Source: the human T2T-CHM13v2.0 reference genome, Homo sapiens
Strand: one strand, 5' to 3'
Assembly: GCF_009914755.1 (NCBI RefSeq)
Contig: NC_060927.1
DNA length: 64,000 nucleotides
The position numbers and the translations under genes are program-made. Under the pieces are notes generated by a model that had not been told where the DNA came from, ran no database searches, and worked only from the letters and a program-made list of their open reading frames with translations. This document shows, piece by piece, positions 1 through 11,700 of this stretch; within the stretch, counting starts at the first letter, position 1; each line of letters begins with the position of its first letter.

Positions 1-610
1 GTACTTGTCATGCTTCCTGAAATCACACAGAACATGCATTAACTATGTAGCCAATGACAGGCCTTCTAGGATGAGCAGATTCTTCAACAGTAGGGAGATG
101 TCTTTCACAGGAAACGAATGAGTATTTGTCAGGGCTTCACTTGATATACTTTCTACCACTGTCCCGGTAAGGAATAGCAGAATATAAATAAAGGGTCTAA
201 TATGTACTTATTAATGAGTTTGCTAAATAGAATATATATACCACTTAGTGAGTGGTACTATGATTGTTTTGGGTACATACCTAAGATTAGCTTTTGTTTT
301 AATAGTAGAAATATGTATATATTATTATGTATATTAGGAAAATATAACCAGCATGGAAAACCCATGGCTTCCTTGAGTCTATTCATTAAGACAAATGGAA
401 AATACATATTTAAATTTAAAATAAGAATTTAACAATGCTAAGTAAACAGTTCTAGTGGTATGCACATATGGCCAACATAATGGAGGATGTTTGCTAATGA
501 TGGTAATTAGTATAACACTGCTTTAAGAAAAAGTGTCAACAGATTAGCATGATATGCCACAAGCAAACTGGACCAAGATTATCACTTTTATTTTTGCTTT
601 CTAATTTCAG

Positions 611-1104
611 CGGTTAAATTTTAAGATATTTGATATAGCTTAGGAGATTGATTGCTTTGAAAACCAACTTAAATATGAAATAAAGAAACTATACTAGCAC
701 AAGTAATGCAAGAAATAAACATCACTTCAAGGTCAATATCAAGAAATTGGAACCCTTTCTGAATTTATAAGAATATTTTGAGAAACAACTTTCCTGTCAA
801 ATGGAAGTCAGGAGAAAATCAACAAAGAGTCACCTTTGTACCCAAGAAAACCTATAGACACATGTAACAGCATGCAGAAATATAAAGGTAAAAAAATCAC
901 TCAAGAGTCAGTGAGAATTTTTTTTAGTAAAGGTCATTTGATGTCCACTTCCTTGTATATCAAATAGTTAAATGCGGATGAAAGCAGGAGATATGAATAA
1001 TACTAGACCGTGTATCCATTAAGGAATCATGAAAACAAAAGTTTAAAGCAAGAATTGCTAAAACCAAGTGTTTTCTCAAAAGAGCTCTTAAGTCAAATGT
1101 AGAG
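611..1104 (+). other. Candidate exon (A-rich, stops in all frames; non-coding or pseudo-exon)
   Basis: Strong acceptor ttttatttttgctttctaatttcag| at 610 and donor GAG|gtaaga at 1105. The interior is A/purine-rich compared with the T-rich flanks. Confidence 0.35.
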
Positions 1105-1492
1105 GTAAGAATATATGACTTTATCACTGTATCATTTTATTACAGGATGGAATTCAACATTTTCAATGTGATTTTCATGTATTTTATTGATTTGGGAAGG
1201 TTAGCGATTAAATATTGTTAATAACATTCTACCTGGTTTCTCAACATCTCATATCTTTTTTCCTCTGACCCATCAGAAATACTACTGGCACACTTGTCTC
1301 CCCAGTGCACTTCTTGGATTGTTTTTGCTCCTCTGCTCACCACACTTCTTGAGGCTCCTTCCTGAATTCCTCCATACATATGAATTCTTTAGCAGGCTAT
1401 TCAGCATGCCTGTGCTGTCTGTGCCAAATCTAACTTCCAGTCATTTTCCTTTGCACTTGTGTTTGGCTACTTAGGTTTATCTTAATATGCTC

Positions 1493-1532
1493 TATATGCC
1501 AGGGCTCTTCAGAGAAGCAGAACCAATGGGAT

Positions 1533-1589
<57 letters not shown>

Positions 1590-1805
1590 CTCCAGGAAAC
1601 TTCAGTTTTTACATTTAAGGCTTTCAGCTGATTGGATGAAGATCACCCACATTAAGGAGAATAATCTCCTTTACTTAAGCTGAATTGATTATAGATGTTA
1701 ATCCTATCAACAAAATACTTTCAAAGCAATATCAAGACTAGTGTTTGACCAAACAACTGGGCCCCAGAGCCTAGCCAAGGTGACGCATAAAATTTAACCA
1801 TCACA
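1493..1805 (-). mobile_element. MLT2-family (ERVL) solo LTR, internally shortened, containing (TG)n
   Basis: cagagaagcagaaccaat...gattggatga..cacccacatta..gagaataatctcctttacttaa...gcctagccaaggtgac.cataaaat.taaccatcaca matches the MLT2 consensus. Confidence 0.8.
1533..1587. repeat. (TG)n microsatellite, about 27 units with one interruption
   Basis: Directly visible; lies at the proto-microsatellite position of MLT2. Confidence 0.98.
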
Positions 1806-3668
1806 ATTGCCTTGCTTTTCTTTCTCTATCGTCTGGATTTTAAAATTTTTTATACTTTACCTTATATGTCCTTATTCCATATTCCTAAATTTGAATACCC
1901 TTCAAGCCCCAGCTCATTTCTCTCTTATTTTCAAAGTCATTACCATTCACTTCATCCTGGAATGGTAGCTAGGACCTGTGAAATTCTGTAGCAGGATGCA
2001 CTGCTTTCATAGCATGCATTTCATGCTGCCTGGTGTTGAAGGTATTTGTGTAAGGCTTTTATACTCTGTGAGAGCTTTGAGCTTCTCAAGGGCCAGAGCT
2101 GTAACACATATGTCTTTGAATTAATATATAATTCATTGCTCTACACAAAGGTACATACTTTTTTTTTTGTTTTCTGAAGTGCAGAGTGCTATTCTAAGCC
2201 ATCTTAAACTCAAAGAATTATAGAAACGTTCTGGCATACAGTCAGAATATGGAATAGGAAGAGTGTTTCACAAAGTGTGATAGGCATCCTACCACACAAA
2301 GTAGTGTTTGCTTTAATAGATTCATGTTCATGTTACTGTGATTTAGAAAAAAAAAATTGTAACATCAAACCAATGAATTCTCAGATATTAATGTTTAGGA
2401 TGGTGTTAAAACAGAGACTTATGTTAGGCTTGAATCAATGATTAAATATTTATTTGAGGGTCAATGTTCAAGTATGACAATGTAGTAAAATAGTATGTGA
2501 AGAAACTAGGTTTGTTCCATGTTAACTTAATGCAGTTCTAGACTGGAAATGAGGAGAATTGAAATTCTATAGGCCCATCACTCATTGTGTGTGTGATCTT
2601 AAGACATTTTTACCTCTTGGCATCTGTATCTTTTTTGGGGGGTAGGTATTCTGTTATCATCTAACTCTAAAAGTGTAATTTGCTACTAAGATGCCTATAA
2701 ATACAGCCAGACTACAACACAGATGGTGCACACAGGAAGAAAATCTCTGATTGGTAGACTAACCCAAAATAGGCTGTGTATATATTGAATGAAATACGAC
2801 CAAAAAATCTGCAAATAGCAGACACAGAGCATCCTTTAGGTTGGAACTGAGTAAAGTAGATTTATGATCTAATCTTACTTATTCTATGACATTTCTGTTT
2901 AATGAATGTCCCTGATCCTCCTGCCATCTTACTCACATTTCTAATGTGCTCATACTCCGAGGTAATAATGATCATTTGCGATTATAAATGTCCTGTTATC
3001 AATTAATTTGCAGTTCACCAGTAACCATCTGATTATCTCTAACAAAGCTGCGCTGGTGTGGTAATTATGTTGAGAGTAATCATCATGTAATTGCACATAA
3101 TTATTTGTACCTTATTAAGTGCTCATATGATTAAAATATTTCTGGTCAAATAAAAATTATCCGTGAGAGTATTTTTTGGAGGGGGGAAATAAGAAATGTT
3201 GCTTCCTGGTCTTCTGTTCTTTGAATAAGGTAAAGCTGTCTAGCTGACAGTCCATAATGCCCCAGATAGGATGAATTAGTAAGGAGAGAAGAGACTTAGA
3301 TTTCATTAATACAATACCTTGTACCTCCAATGAAGTTGAGATAATAAACTTCAACTTCCAGCATGGATGAACGCTTTCCCTGTAGTAGCTATAACAAAAA
3401 ATATTACCCTATTAAGAGTGTACACTATGAATGTCATTGAGGACAATGTGTTTTTCATGTCCAACACCGCCATTAGCAATTTTATACTGAACTTTTATTT
3501 TTCTCATAGTACTCTCTCTTCAAAACTTTTAATATTCACTTATTTACACTCAGTGTTTTTTTTAATTTCCAGGGACTGTGTTTAGTGAGATGATCTACAG
3601 GTATAATTCCAAAAGCACCTACCAAATTTGTTTATTCAGACATTCATTAAAGAGCAACTCTATATACT

Positions 3669-3965
3669 AGCACTCTCCTTTAGAAATATTATGTGAGCTA
3701 CGTAGCCAAATTTACTTTTTCCAGGACCCACAAACAACAGCAAGAAATAGGTAAAATTAATATTAGTAATATATTTTATGTAAAATAATCATTACTTCAT
3801 AGGTACTCAGTTGTAAAAAAGATTAGTGAAATATTTTACATTTTTTGTACTAAGCCTTATAAATCTAGTGTAGATTTTACTTATAGCACATCTCAATTCA
3901 GATGAGCAACATTTCAAGGGCTCCATAGCCATAGGTAGCTTATGGCTGCTGAATTAGATGGTGCA
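3669..3965. mobile_element. MER33 (hAT-Charlie) non-autonomous DNA transposon
   Basis: agaaatattatgtgagctac...ttttacttatagcacatctcaattcag..agcaacatttcaag.gctccatagcca..tagcttatggct. Confidence 0.7.
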
Positions 3966-4129
3966 TATATGTTGATTGTATCTACATGGTAGATAAAGGA
4001 GAGTCCTAATTAATAGTTAGCTCTCTGATTTTATAGATGTTTTTATGAGTTTCAATTTCCTAATCTGGTAAATAATACATCTAGCCTAAAACATTTCTTT
4101 TTAAATTAAAATGTTTTCTAGAAGGATAG

Positions 4130-4350
4130 GGATGGAACTAACATTAAGGGACTGCTTTACTAGGTCATGTAGGATACTAGGTATATTTACATTTATTATC
4201 AAATTCATTCTTCACAATAGTCTAGAAGGGTATGTTACTTTACAGGTTAGAAAAGTGAGATGTAAAGTTTAACCTTATCAATAGTAGAATAGTAGAACTG
4301 GGATTCAAACTTGGCTATCATCTTTGACCACAGATTTTGTCTCATGCTTT
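4130..4350 (-). mobile_element. MIR SINE fragment
   Basis: attcttcacaatagtcta..ggtatgttactttacag...agtagaactgggattcaaac. Confidence 0.55.
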
Positions 4351-5304
4351 TCAAATAAGAAACACATATTTTGGGTCCACTTGCTCATTGATAGGTCTAG
4401 TAAGAGGATTTTACTTCCCTGAATACTGTGTAAAAGGCTTGACTGCAAGAAAGTTACTGATTAGTTTGATTTTTAGGGTTTCTCCTGACCTTCCTTATCC
4501 ATGTTTCCCAGTCCAGTTTCTTGAATTAGTCTCTCCTGAAAGCTTGTTCTTTCCAGCAAACTTATCTCAAGTATAGCATAAATCATCTTCCACTGGCATT
4601 TTAACTGAAAGTCTGTTGACTATCACGCACACTTACAGAAAGCCTACCTTTGGGGATAACTGAGTGACTGACAGCGATGCCTTAGCAACCATCTGATTGT
4701 AGTTACAGAGGAAATTTACCTTGGATTGAAGAATCACATGCCATTGTGATTGACAGAGTCTGTAAGACAATCAAGGTCAAACCCAGAGTAAATTGAGTAT
4801 GTGGCTATGAGCATTGACAGATAAGTCATGTGTCAAATATTGCCTAGCCATCTGGTTGCTACTCATGATTAGACTGGATTCATTGTGTTTAATTTCTTAT
4901 TGAGGACAACTACATGGGAAACTTGTTTGTTTTTAGTTTATCAGTGAAATGTGCTTTATCTGCTGACATAAAATGTTTCTGCCTAAAGTGAACTTGCAAA
5001 ATCATTAGTTTTATGACTCCAGCATGACCTACAAAAAATTATTATTTAAAAGTGATTGATGCATTATTGAAAAAAATATATTAGGTGCTGAAAGTTACAC
5101 TCATGAATAAAAGCACAATTCCTTAAAGAGGAATAAGAAAACAAATGTGATCACCCCGAGGGTTTTTAGAAGCCCCCAAATGTTTAAAGACTATTAGCCA
5201 AACTGGGTACCAGATATGTGGGTAGTGAGAGGTGATGAGATGTCAGTGATAAGTGATGTATAAGGGGACAGGTGCCTTGTGTGAAATTCTGAAAATTCAC
5301 ATTT

Positions 5305-5346
5305 AGTAGAACGTATCAAACGCCAGTAGAACGTATCAAACGCCAG
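5305..5346. repeat. Perfect 20-bp tandem duplication
   Basis: agtagaacgtatcaaacgcc x2, followed by ag. Confidence 0.97.
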
Positions 5347-6160
5347 CAAATACTTAGTTTATTTTTGAGGACAAAAGTGGAAAACACAGGGAAGTGAAAT
5401 CAATTGTCCTATGTCACATTGTACTTGGAATGGGGCTCTGAGTTCCCTGACTACTAATCCAGTGCAATTTCCTCCTGTAACTTTGCTGCCTTTGTAAATG
5501 ATTACATTTTAAATACAAGGGCTGTTTGGCTTATTAATTAGTTAGTGTTAAAAAAAGCCAAAGTTGCTTTTCATCACTGATGGATTAGTACCTTTCATTC
5601 TGTTTTCAACTACCATATTGTCCTTTTAACTGAACTATTAAAAACATTTTTCCTTGTTGATCACAGCTTGGGTGAACAAAGTAGGGGCTAATGAAAATAA
5701 ATTCCCGGTCAGAGAAAATGGCAGTTGCACGAGTTTTGGTGGTATGATAGTCACATTTGCATATGTAAAGTATAACACTACATAAGCAAATAATATGACC
5801 CAATTTTAGGTGGTGATCTATATGTCATTGCTGGTTCCTCTGCAAGAATAAATACTGAATGCTTCTAGGCATTTCCAGTAAGCACAGTAAATCCATTTCA
5901 ATAATGAAGAATTCCTGAGAAAACAATATAATAGAATCAACAGGTTCTAGCAAAGTGGAATTTTATCATAAATTACAAGTTCCACCATGTTAACACGTAC
6001 ATTGCAACATGTTTTGGACAGTACTTCTGAGGTTGGAATTCTCAGCAAGTGGTTCCTATTTTGACATCCAGACAGTGATAGCCATTTGTAGGTGGAAAAT
6101 TAGTTATCAGCTGTGCCTTGCTTTTTCTTTACTTGGGTTTCTCTATTTCTCTGTCTTTTT

Positions 6161-6208
6161 ACACACACACACATACACACACCCCACACACATATACACA
6201 TATATATC
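6161..6208. repeat. (CA)n/(TA)n imperfect microsatellite
   Basis: Directly visible. Confidence 0.9.
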
Positions 6209-7864
6209 TATCCTTGGATATCCAAAAAAAGATTCTCAATAAATTCACAACACTAATTGAATTGAGATGATATAAAGTTGTTGATTATTTTTAATAAAGT
6301 CTAGAGATCTAACATTAGTTGTAGCTTATTTCTTCACTACTAAATAAGAAATTCCAAGTTAAGTCTTTTCATCTTTTCATTAATAAATAGCCAATATGTA
6401 ATATCTGCCTATCCATATATATTATGAACTATCTGAACTACTCCTTATAATTATGGGGTAACCAGTCAAATAAAAGTGTTGAATAAACAGCTTATTGTAT
6501 ATGTTATGAATTACCTGACTTAAAATTAGGAGTCAATTAGTCAAAATGCCATGGGCTATATGACTCATTGTAACATTAATAAAGTAAAATATGTCTTCCT
6601 ATAATCCAGTTATTGGTATTAAATAATATTGAAGCTATTTTCCAAGCAAAACTTCCGCATAAGTTTGTTTTTGTCTTGGTTGAGAACTGGTTCTTTTGAG
6701 ATAAAGCCACCAACTCAGCACAGGTTTTTTTTTTTTTCTCCTGAATGGTTTTGTTCAACTTAAAATGACTGTTCCTAACAGCAGGTGCTCTCTTCTTTGT
6801 TTCAGATTATATTGAACATGCTTTTGGTGTTCACAAATACTGAAAATCAACTATAAAAATGCTGGATGAAAAGAACTATATCCATATGGTAGGAAGATAA
6901 AATTTTAGCTCTAACTCATATCTTCTCTGAAGAAGATTCTTCAGTAAGTTCAATAACTAACATTATACATTCAGTCTTTTAGGAAATCCTTGGATCTATT
7001 TTCAAAATATATCCAGAAACAGAAAGCAGCTATAACATTTGACTGGATCTCTCATTATGAGTAAAATAAAATCTTTAACAGCTATTAATCTTATACATGT
7101 ATGACAGCCGTGATTTTACCTTTCTTTTTTAAAATTAATTTTAACAGCTTTGGAGATCCTTCACTGAGATATCCAGTGGGTTCAACTGACAAAGCAAGGC
7201 ACAATTTATCATGTAGGAATGTACTTCACGGGAAATTTTCTTCTACATATGTTTTCTCTTGGTTCCCAGAGATGAATCCGTAATAACAATAGGATTCTGC
7301 TAACTTTGTTTTTCTGATTCCAGTTTTCCTCTTTACTAATTCCATGGCTCTTTTTTTGGGGCTCATTTTTTGCCCAATAAATTATTCCCGCTTATTGACA
7401 GGACTGATTTGGGAATTTAAGGTCTGACCATTTGGTGATATCTATAAGTAGATTCATTGTTTATAGAGACCTGTTCTCTGTTAGGCGAGAGACAATAGAG
7501 AATCTAGTTGTTAGTCTTTATCTGTTTGTTTGCTTGCCAACACTGACCTCAAATAAATTAAGAATTTTGTGGCCACTGGGCAAGAGAACAGCTCTTTGAT
7601 ATCTGGACTGTATATAACTGGAATAATGGTTATGCACCCAAAGCCATACATGGAATGTCATATTTGAGAATGATAGTCACATAACCACCCCAAGCTACTA
7701 AGATGCCATAAGTCTTTACCCCAAATGTGTCAGAAATGGAAGACACTTCTCTCCTATTAGAAGAAACAAATACGTTTGGAAAAAAATATTTTTGGATAGG
7801 ATAACAGAGAATATCCTCTCCAGAGAACAGGGTAGTGAAATATATTTTGTTCACATAAACTGAA

Positions 7865-8178
7865 TTTTTTTTTTCTTTTTTTGAGACGTGGTCTCGCTCT
7901 GTCACCCAGGCTAGAGTGCAGCGGCGTGATCATGGCTTACTGCAGCCTCAGTCTCCTGGGCTCAAGAGATCCTCCTGCCTCAGCTTCCTGAGTAGCTGGG
8001 ACCACTATCACACACCATCACACGTGGCTAATTTTTATATTATTTTTATTATTATTTTGGTAGAAACGAGGTTTCACCATATTGCCCAGGCTGGTTTCAA
8101 ATGCCTAGGCTCAAGTAATCCACCAGCTTTGGCCTCCCAAGGGTTGGAATTTTACAGGAGTGAGCCACCACACCAGCC
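7865..8178 (-). mobile_element. AluJ
   Basis: Dimeric Alu in antisense with J-type gggctcaag.gatcctcc; degenerate TSD ctgaa(t/a)tttt. Confidence 0.92.
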
Positions 8179-8437
8179 TGAAATTTTCATTAAAAGGAAC
8201 TTCCCTTCCAGGAAGGGATGAAGGAGGACTTTTAGAACACTAGAAATGACAGCCCAAAGAGACAGAGCCCAGAGCATGGGTGAGGGTGAGCTGTGGTGTC
8301 TTGAAACCTAGACACTTGTTGGTGGAACCAGCTTGGGAACACAGGCTAATTGGGAAGTATGGAAGGAGGATGCTTCAGACACAATTGAATTTTTCAGTGT
8401 TACTAGGACATCTATTCCTGTGTATGAACTACCCGCC

Positions 8438-8791
8438 TGCTGTGGTTTGAATGTTTGTGTCCCCTCCAAAACTCATGTTGACATTTATTCTCAGGTGAAA
8501 CAATATTATGAGGGAGGGCCCTTAGGAGGTGATAAAGTGCCTTATAAAAGGGCTTGATGGGGCGAGTTACCCCTCCATCCCTTCATGTAAGGACACAACC
8601 TCATCCCCTCTGGAGGATGCAGCAACAGGGCACCATCTTGGACACAGAGAGCTGCCTTCACTAGACACTGAACCTGCTGGCACCTTGGTCTTGGACTTCC
8701 CAGCCTCCAGAAGTGTGAGAAAAAAATTTCCATGTTTACAAATTACTCAGTCTGTGTTATTTGGTTATAACAGCACAAATGGACAAAGATA
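8438..8791 (+). mobile_element. MaLR solo LTR (MSTD/MLT1A-like)
   Basis: tgctgtggtttgaatgtttgtgtcccctccaaaactcatgttg...ggacttcccagcctccagaa.tgtgaga...cagcacaaatggac.aaga. Confidence 0.85.
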
Positions 8792-8799
8792 CTGGCCCT

Positions 8800-11700
8800 T
8801 CTGCAAAAATTCAGGTCCTCAAAATCTTTGTGAAGGATGTGGCTTTTGTTACTTTGCTTTGCTTAAGAAGGGAGAGTGGTCTACAATCACAGGGTTGTTT
8901 ACCTGCAAGCTCCTCCTGGGCCTGGATTCCTCATTGTGCAACTGTTGTGTTATCTTCAGTGTCCACACCACTCAAAGACAACTTTGGTTTGAATGGAGCC
9001 TGGCCTGGGCTTTTTACAGAGGCTGACATTGATTTGGCATTCTGCAGGGCACCTTGCTGACTTTTGTTTTCTCTCTTGGGATGTATCCACTGAGACAAAT
9101 GACTCATCCATTCTCTGAATTTAGTTTTCTGAGGAGTCTGTCTTCTTTGGGGCAGAAATGGGGACACATTGCTCACCACGGTCTCTCTCTTCCTCTGACC
9201 TTTGCAGGAAAGTGCTTTCCCTCTAGTGTGTAAAGTCCCCAACCCTATGTCCAAATTCTGGATTCTTTACTAATTGGAAACTGCTATTATAGGATTCCCA
9301 TTTTTTTCACTTGGCTCTAAATTAGTATCCCAGATCTTTCAGGAGGGTCTGAAACTTAGGGGATTCGAGCTCTTGCTACCCCAGGGCACTTTCCATATGC
9401 TCTAAGTGGATCTATAAAACATGGGAAGGTGCCATATCCCCACAGTGTATGCTATGGGGATGAGGCTGTGAGCCATTAGCAAATTTTCTGGGTCAGTGGG
9501 CACTTCAGTTGTACAATCATGAGCCCGGCTCTCAGTCTGTGCCTCTGTTTAGAGTTTTAACTAAGAAGAAAGATGGTCTTCGGGGTGTGATTTCCAGAGA
9601 TCTTGGACTGCCAATAATGGTACAAAGTATTTCTTGGTTATTACAGCCCTTAGACTACTCAAATTGTCATTGAATATTTGGGAGATTCTAAGCTAATTAG
9701 TTCTCTGTGTGCTTAATTTATTTTCTGGTTTTGTTTTATGAGGCATGTGGGACTCCATAGCCTTAATTATAACATATCCTTGGAACCATTGGTCTTTTCT
9801 TTTTTAACTGTTTTTTTCTTTTTTTAATTTTTTATTATTATACTTTAAGTTCTAGGGTACATGTGCACAACGTGCAGGTTTATTACATATGTATACATGA
9901 GCCATGTTGCTGTGCTGCACCCATTAACTCGTCATTTACGTTAGGTATGTCTTCTAATGCTATCCCTCCCCCTTCCCCCCACCCCACAACAGGCCCCAGT
10001 GTGTGACGTTCCCCTTCCTGTGTCCAAGTGTTCTCATTGTTCAATTCCCACCTATGAGTGAGAACATGCAGTGTTTGGTTTTTTGTCCTTGTGATGGTTT
10101 GCTGAGAATGATGGTTTCCAGCTTCATCCATCTCCCTACAAAGGACATGAACTCATCCTTTTTTTATGGCTGCATAGTATTTCATGGTGTATATGTGCCA
10201 CATTTTCTTAATCCAGTCTATCATTGATGGACATTTGGGTTGGTTCCAAGTCTTTGCTATTGTGAATAGTGCTGCAATAAACATACGTGTGCATGTGTCT
10301 TTATAGCAGCATGATTTATATTCCTTTGAGTATATACCCATTAATGGGATGGCTGGGTCAAATGGTATTTCTAGTTCTAGATCCTTGAGGAATTGCCACA
10401 CTGTCTTCCACAATGGTTGAACTAGTTTACAGTCCCACCAGCAGTGTAAAAGTGTTCCTATTTCTCCACATCCTCTCCAGCACCTGTTGTTTCCTGACTT
10501 TTTAATGATGGCCATTCTAACTGGTGTGAGATGGTATCTCATTGTGGTTTTGATTTGCATTTCTCTGATGGTCAGTGATGATGAGCATTTTTTCATGTGT
10601 CTGTTGGCTGCATAAATGTCTTCTTCTGAGAAGTGTCTGTTCATATCCTTTGCCCACTTTTTGATGGGGTTGTTTTTTTCTTATAAGTTTGTTTAAGTTC
10701 TTTGTAGATTCTGGATATTAGCCTTTGTCAGATGAGTAGATTGCAAAATTTTTCTCCCATTCTGTAGGTTGCCTGTTCACTCTGATGGTGATTTCTTTTG
10801 CTGTGCAGAAGCTCTTTAGTTTAATTAGATCTCATTTGTCAATTTTGGCTTTTGTTGCAATTGCTTTTGGTGTTTTAGACATGAAGTCCTTGCCCATGCC
10901 TATGTCCTGAATGGTATTGCCTAGGTTTTCTTCTAAGGTTTTTTATGGTTTTAGGTCTAACATTTAAGTCTTTAATCCATCTTGAATAAATTTTTGTATA
11001 AGGTGTAAGGAAGGGATCCACTTTCAGCTTTCTACATATGGCTAGCCTGTTTTCCCAGCACCATTTATTAAATAGGGAATCCTTTCCGCATTTCTTGTTT
11101 TAGTCATGTTTGTCAAAGATCAGATGGTTGTAGATGTGTGGTATTATTTCTGAGGGCTCTGTTCGGTTCCATTGATCTATATCTCTGTTTTAGTACCAGT
11201 ACCATGCTGTTTTGGTTACTATATCCTTGTAGTATTGTTTGAAGTCAGGTAGCATGATGCCTCCAGCTTTGTTCTTTTGGCTTAGGATTGTCTTGGCAAT
11301 GCGGGCTCTTTTTTGGGAATCATTGGTCCTTGAAGGCAGCTCTAATTTCACCTCATAGCTCTGCTCTCTGAAGCACGCCTCTGCTATGGCTGGAGTCCCT
11401 TGGGGGCGTGATTCCCATTCTTATTCCTAGGTTCACGATCAGCTGTTGTGTAACTTATAGTTAGCTCTGGGTTGCCCTTTTGGCCCCCATTTTAGTCACA
11501 TTCTGCCGGGTTCCGTCTTAGTTGTAGTGTGTGTGAGGACACAATATCGACTACATGCAGAGATGTATTTACCGTCTGCCCTAACCTGATGAGTCTATGC
11601 AGGGCCCTTGCAAATATCAAAGCAGGACCACCTTATGCCGCTAGCCTTGCTTACTCACAGGAGAGGACTAGATGCCACATTTTTCTCCCATGATTATCTG

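Noticed and set aside
9380-9670. Alternative reading of this stretch as the Gypsy RNase H (TDPENL ~ TDHKNL)
   Set aside because: Spacing from the other RT motifs fits the RT thumb/connection better. It shows that single degenerate motifs here are unreliable, hence the moderate confidence in the Gypsy call.
10153-10644. L1 ORF2 C-terminal ORFs (also 15847-16320, 16329-16583, 39936-40172)
   Set aside because: Fragments of 5'-truncated L1s with no promoter, ORF1, endonuclease or RT; not genes.
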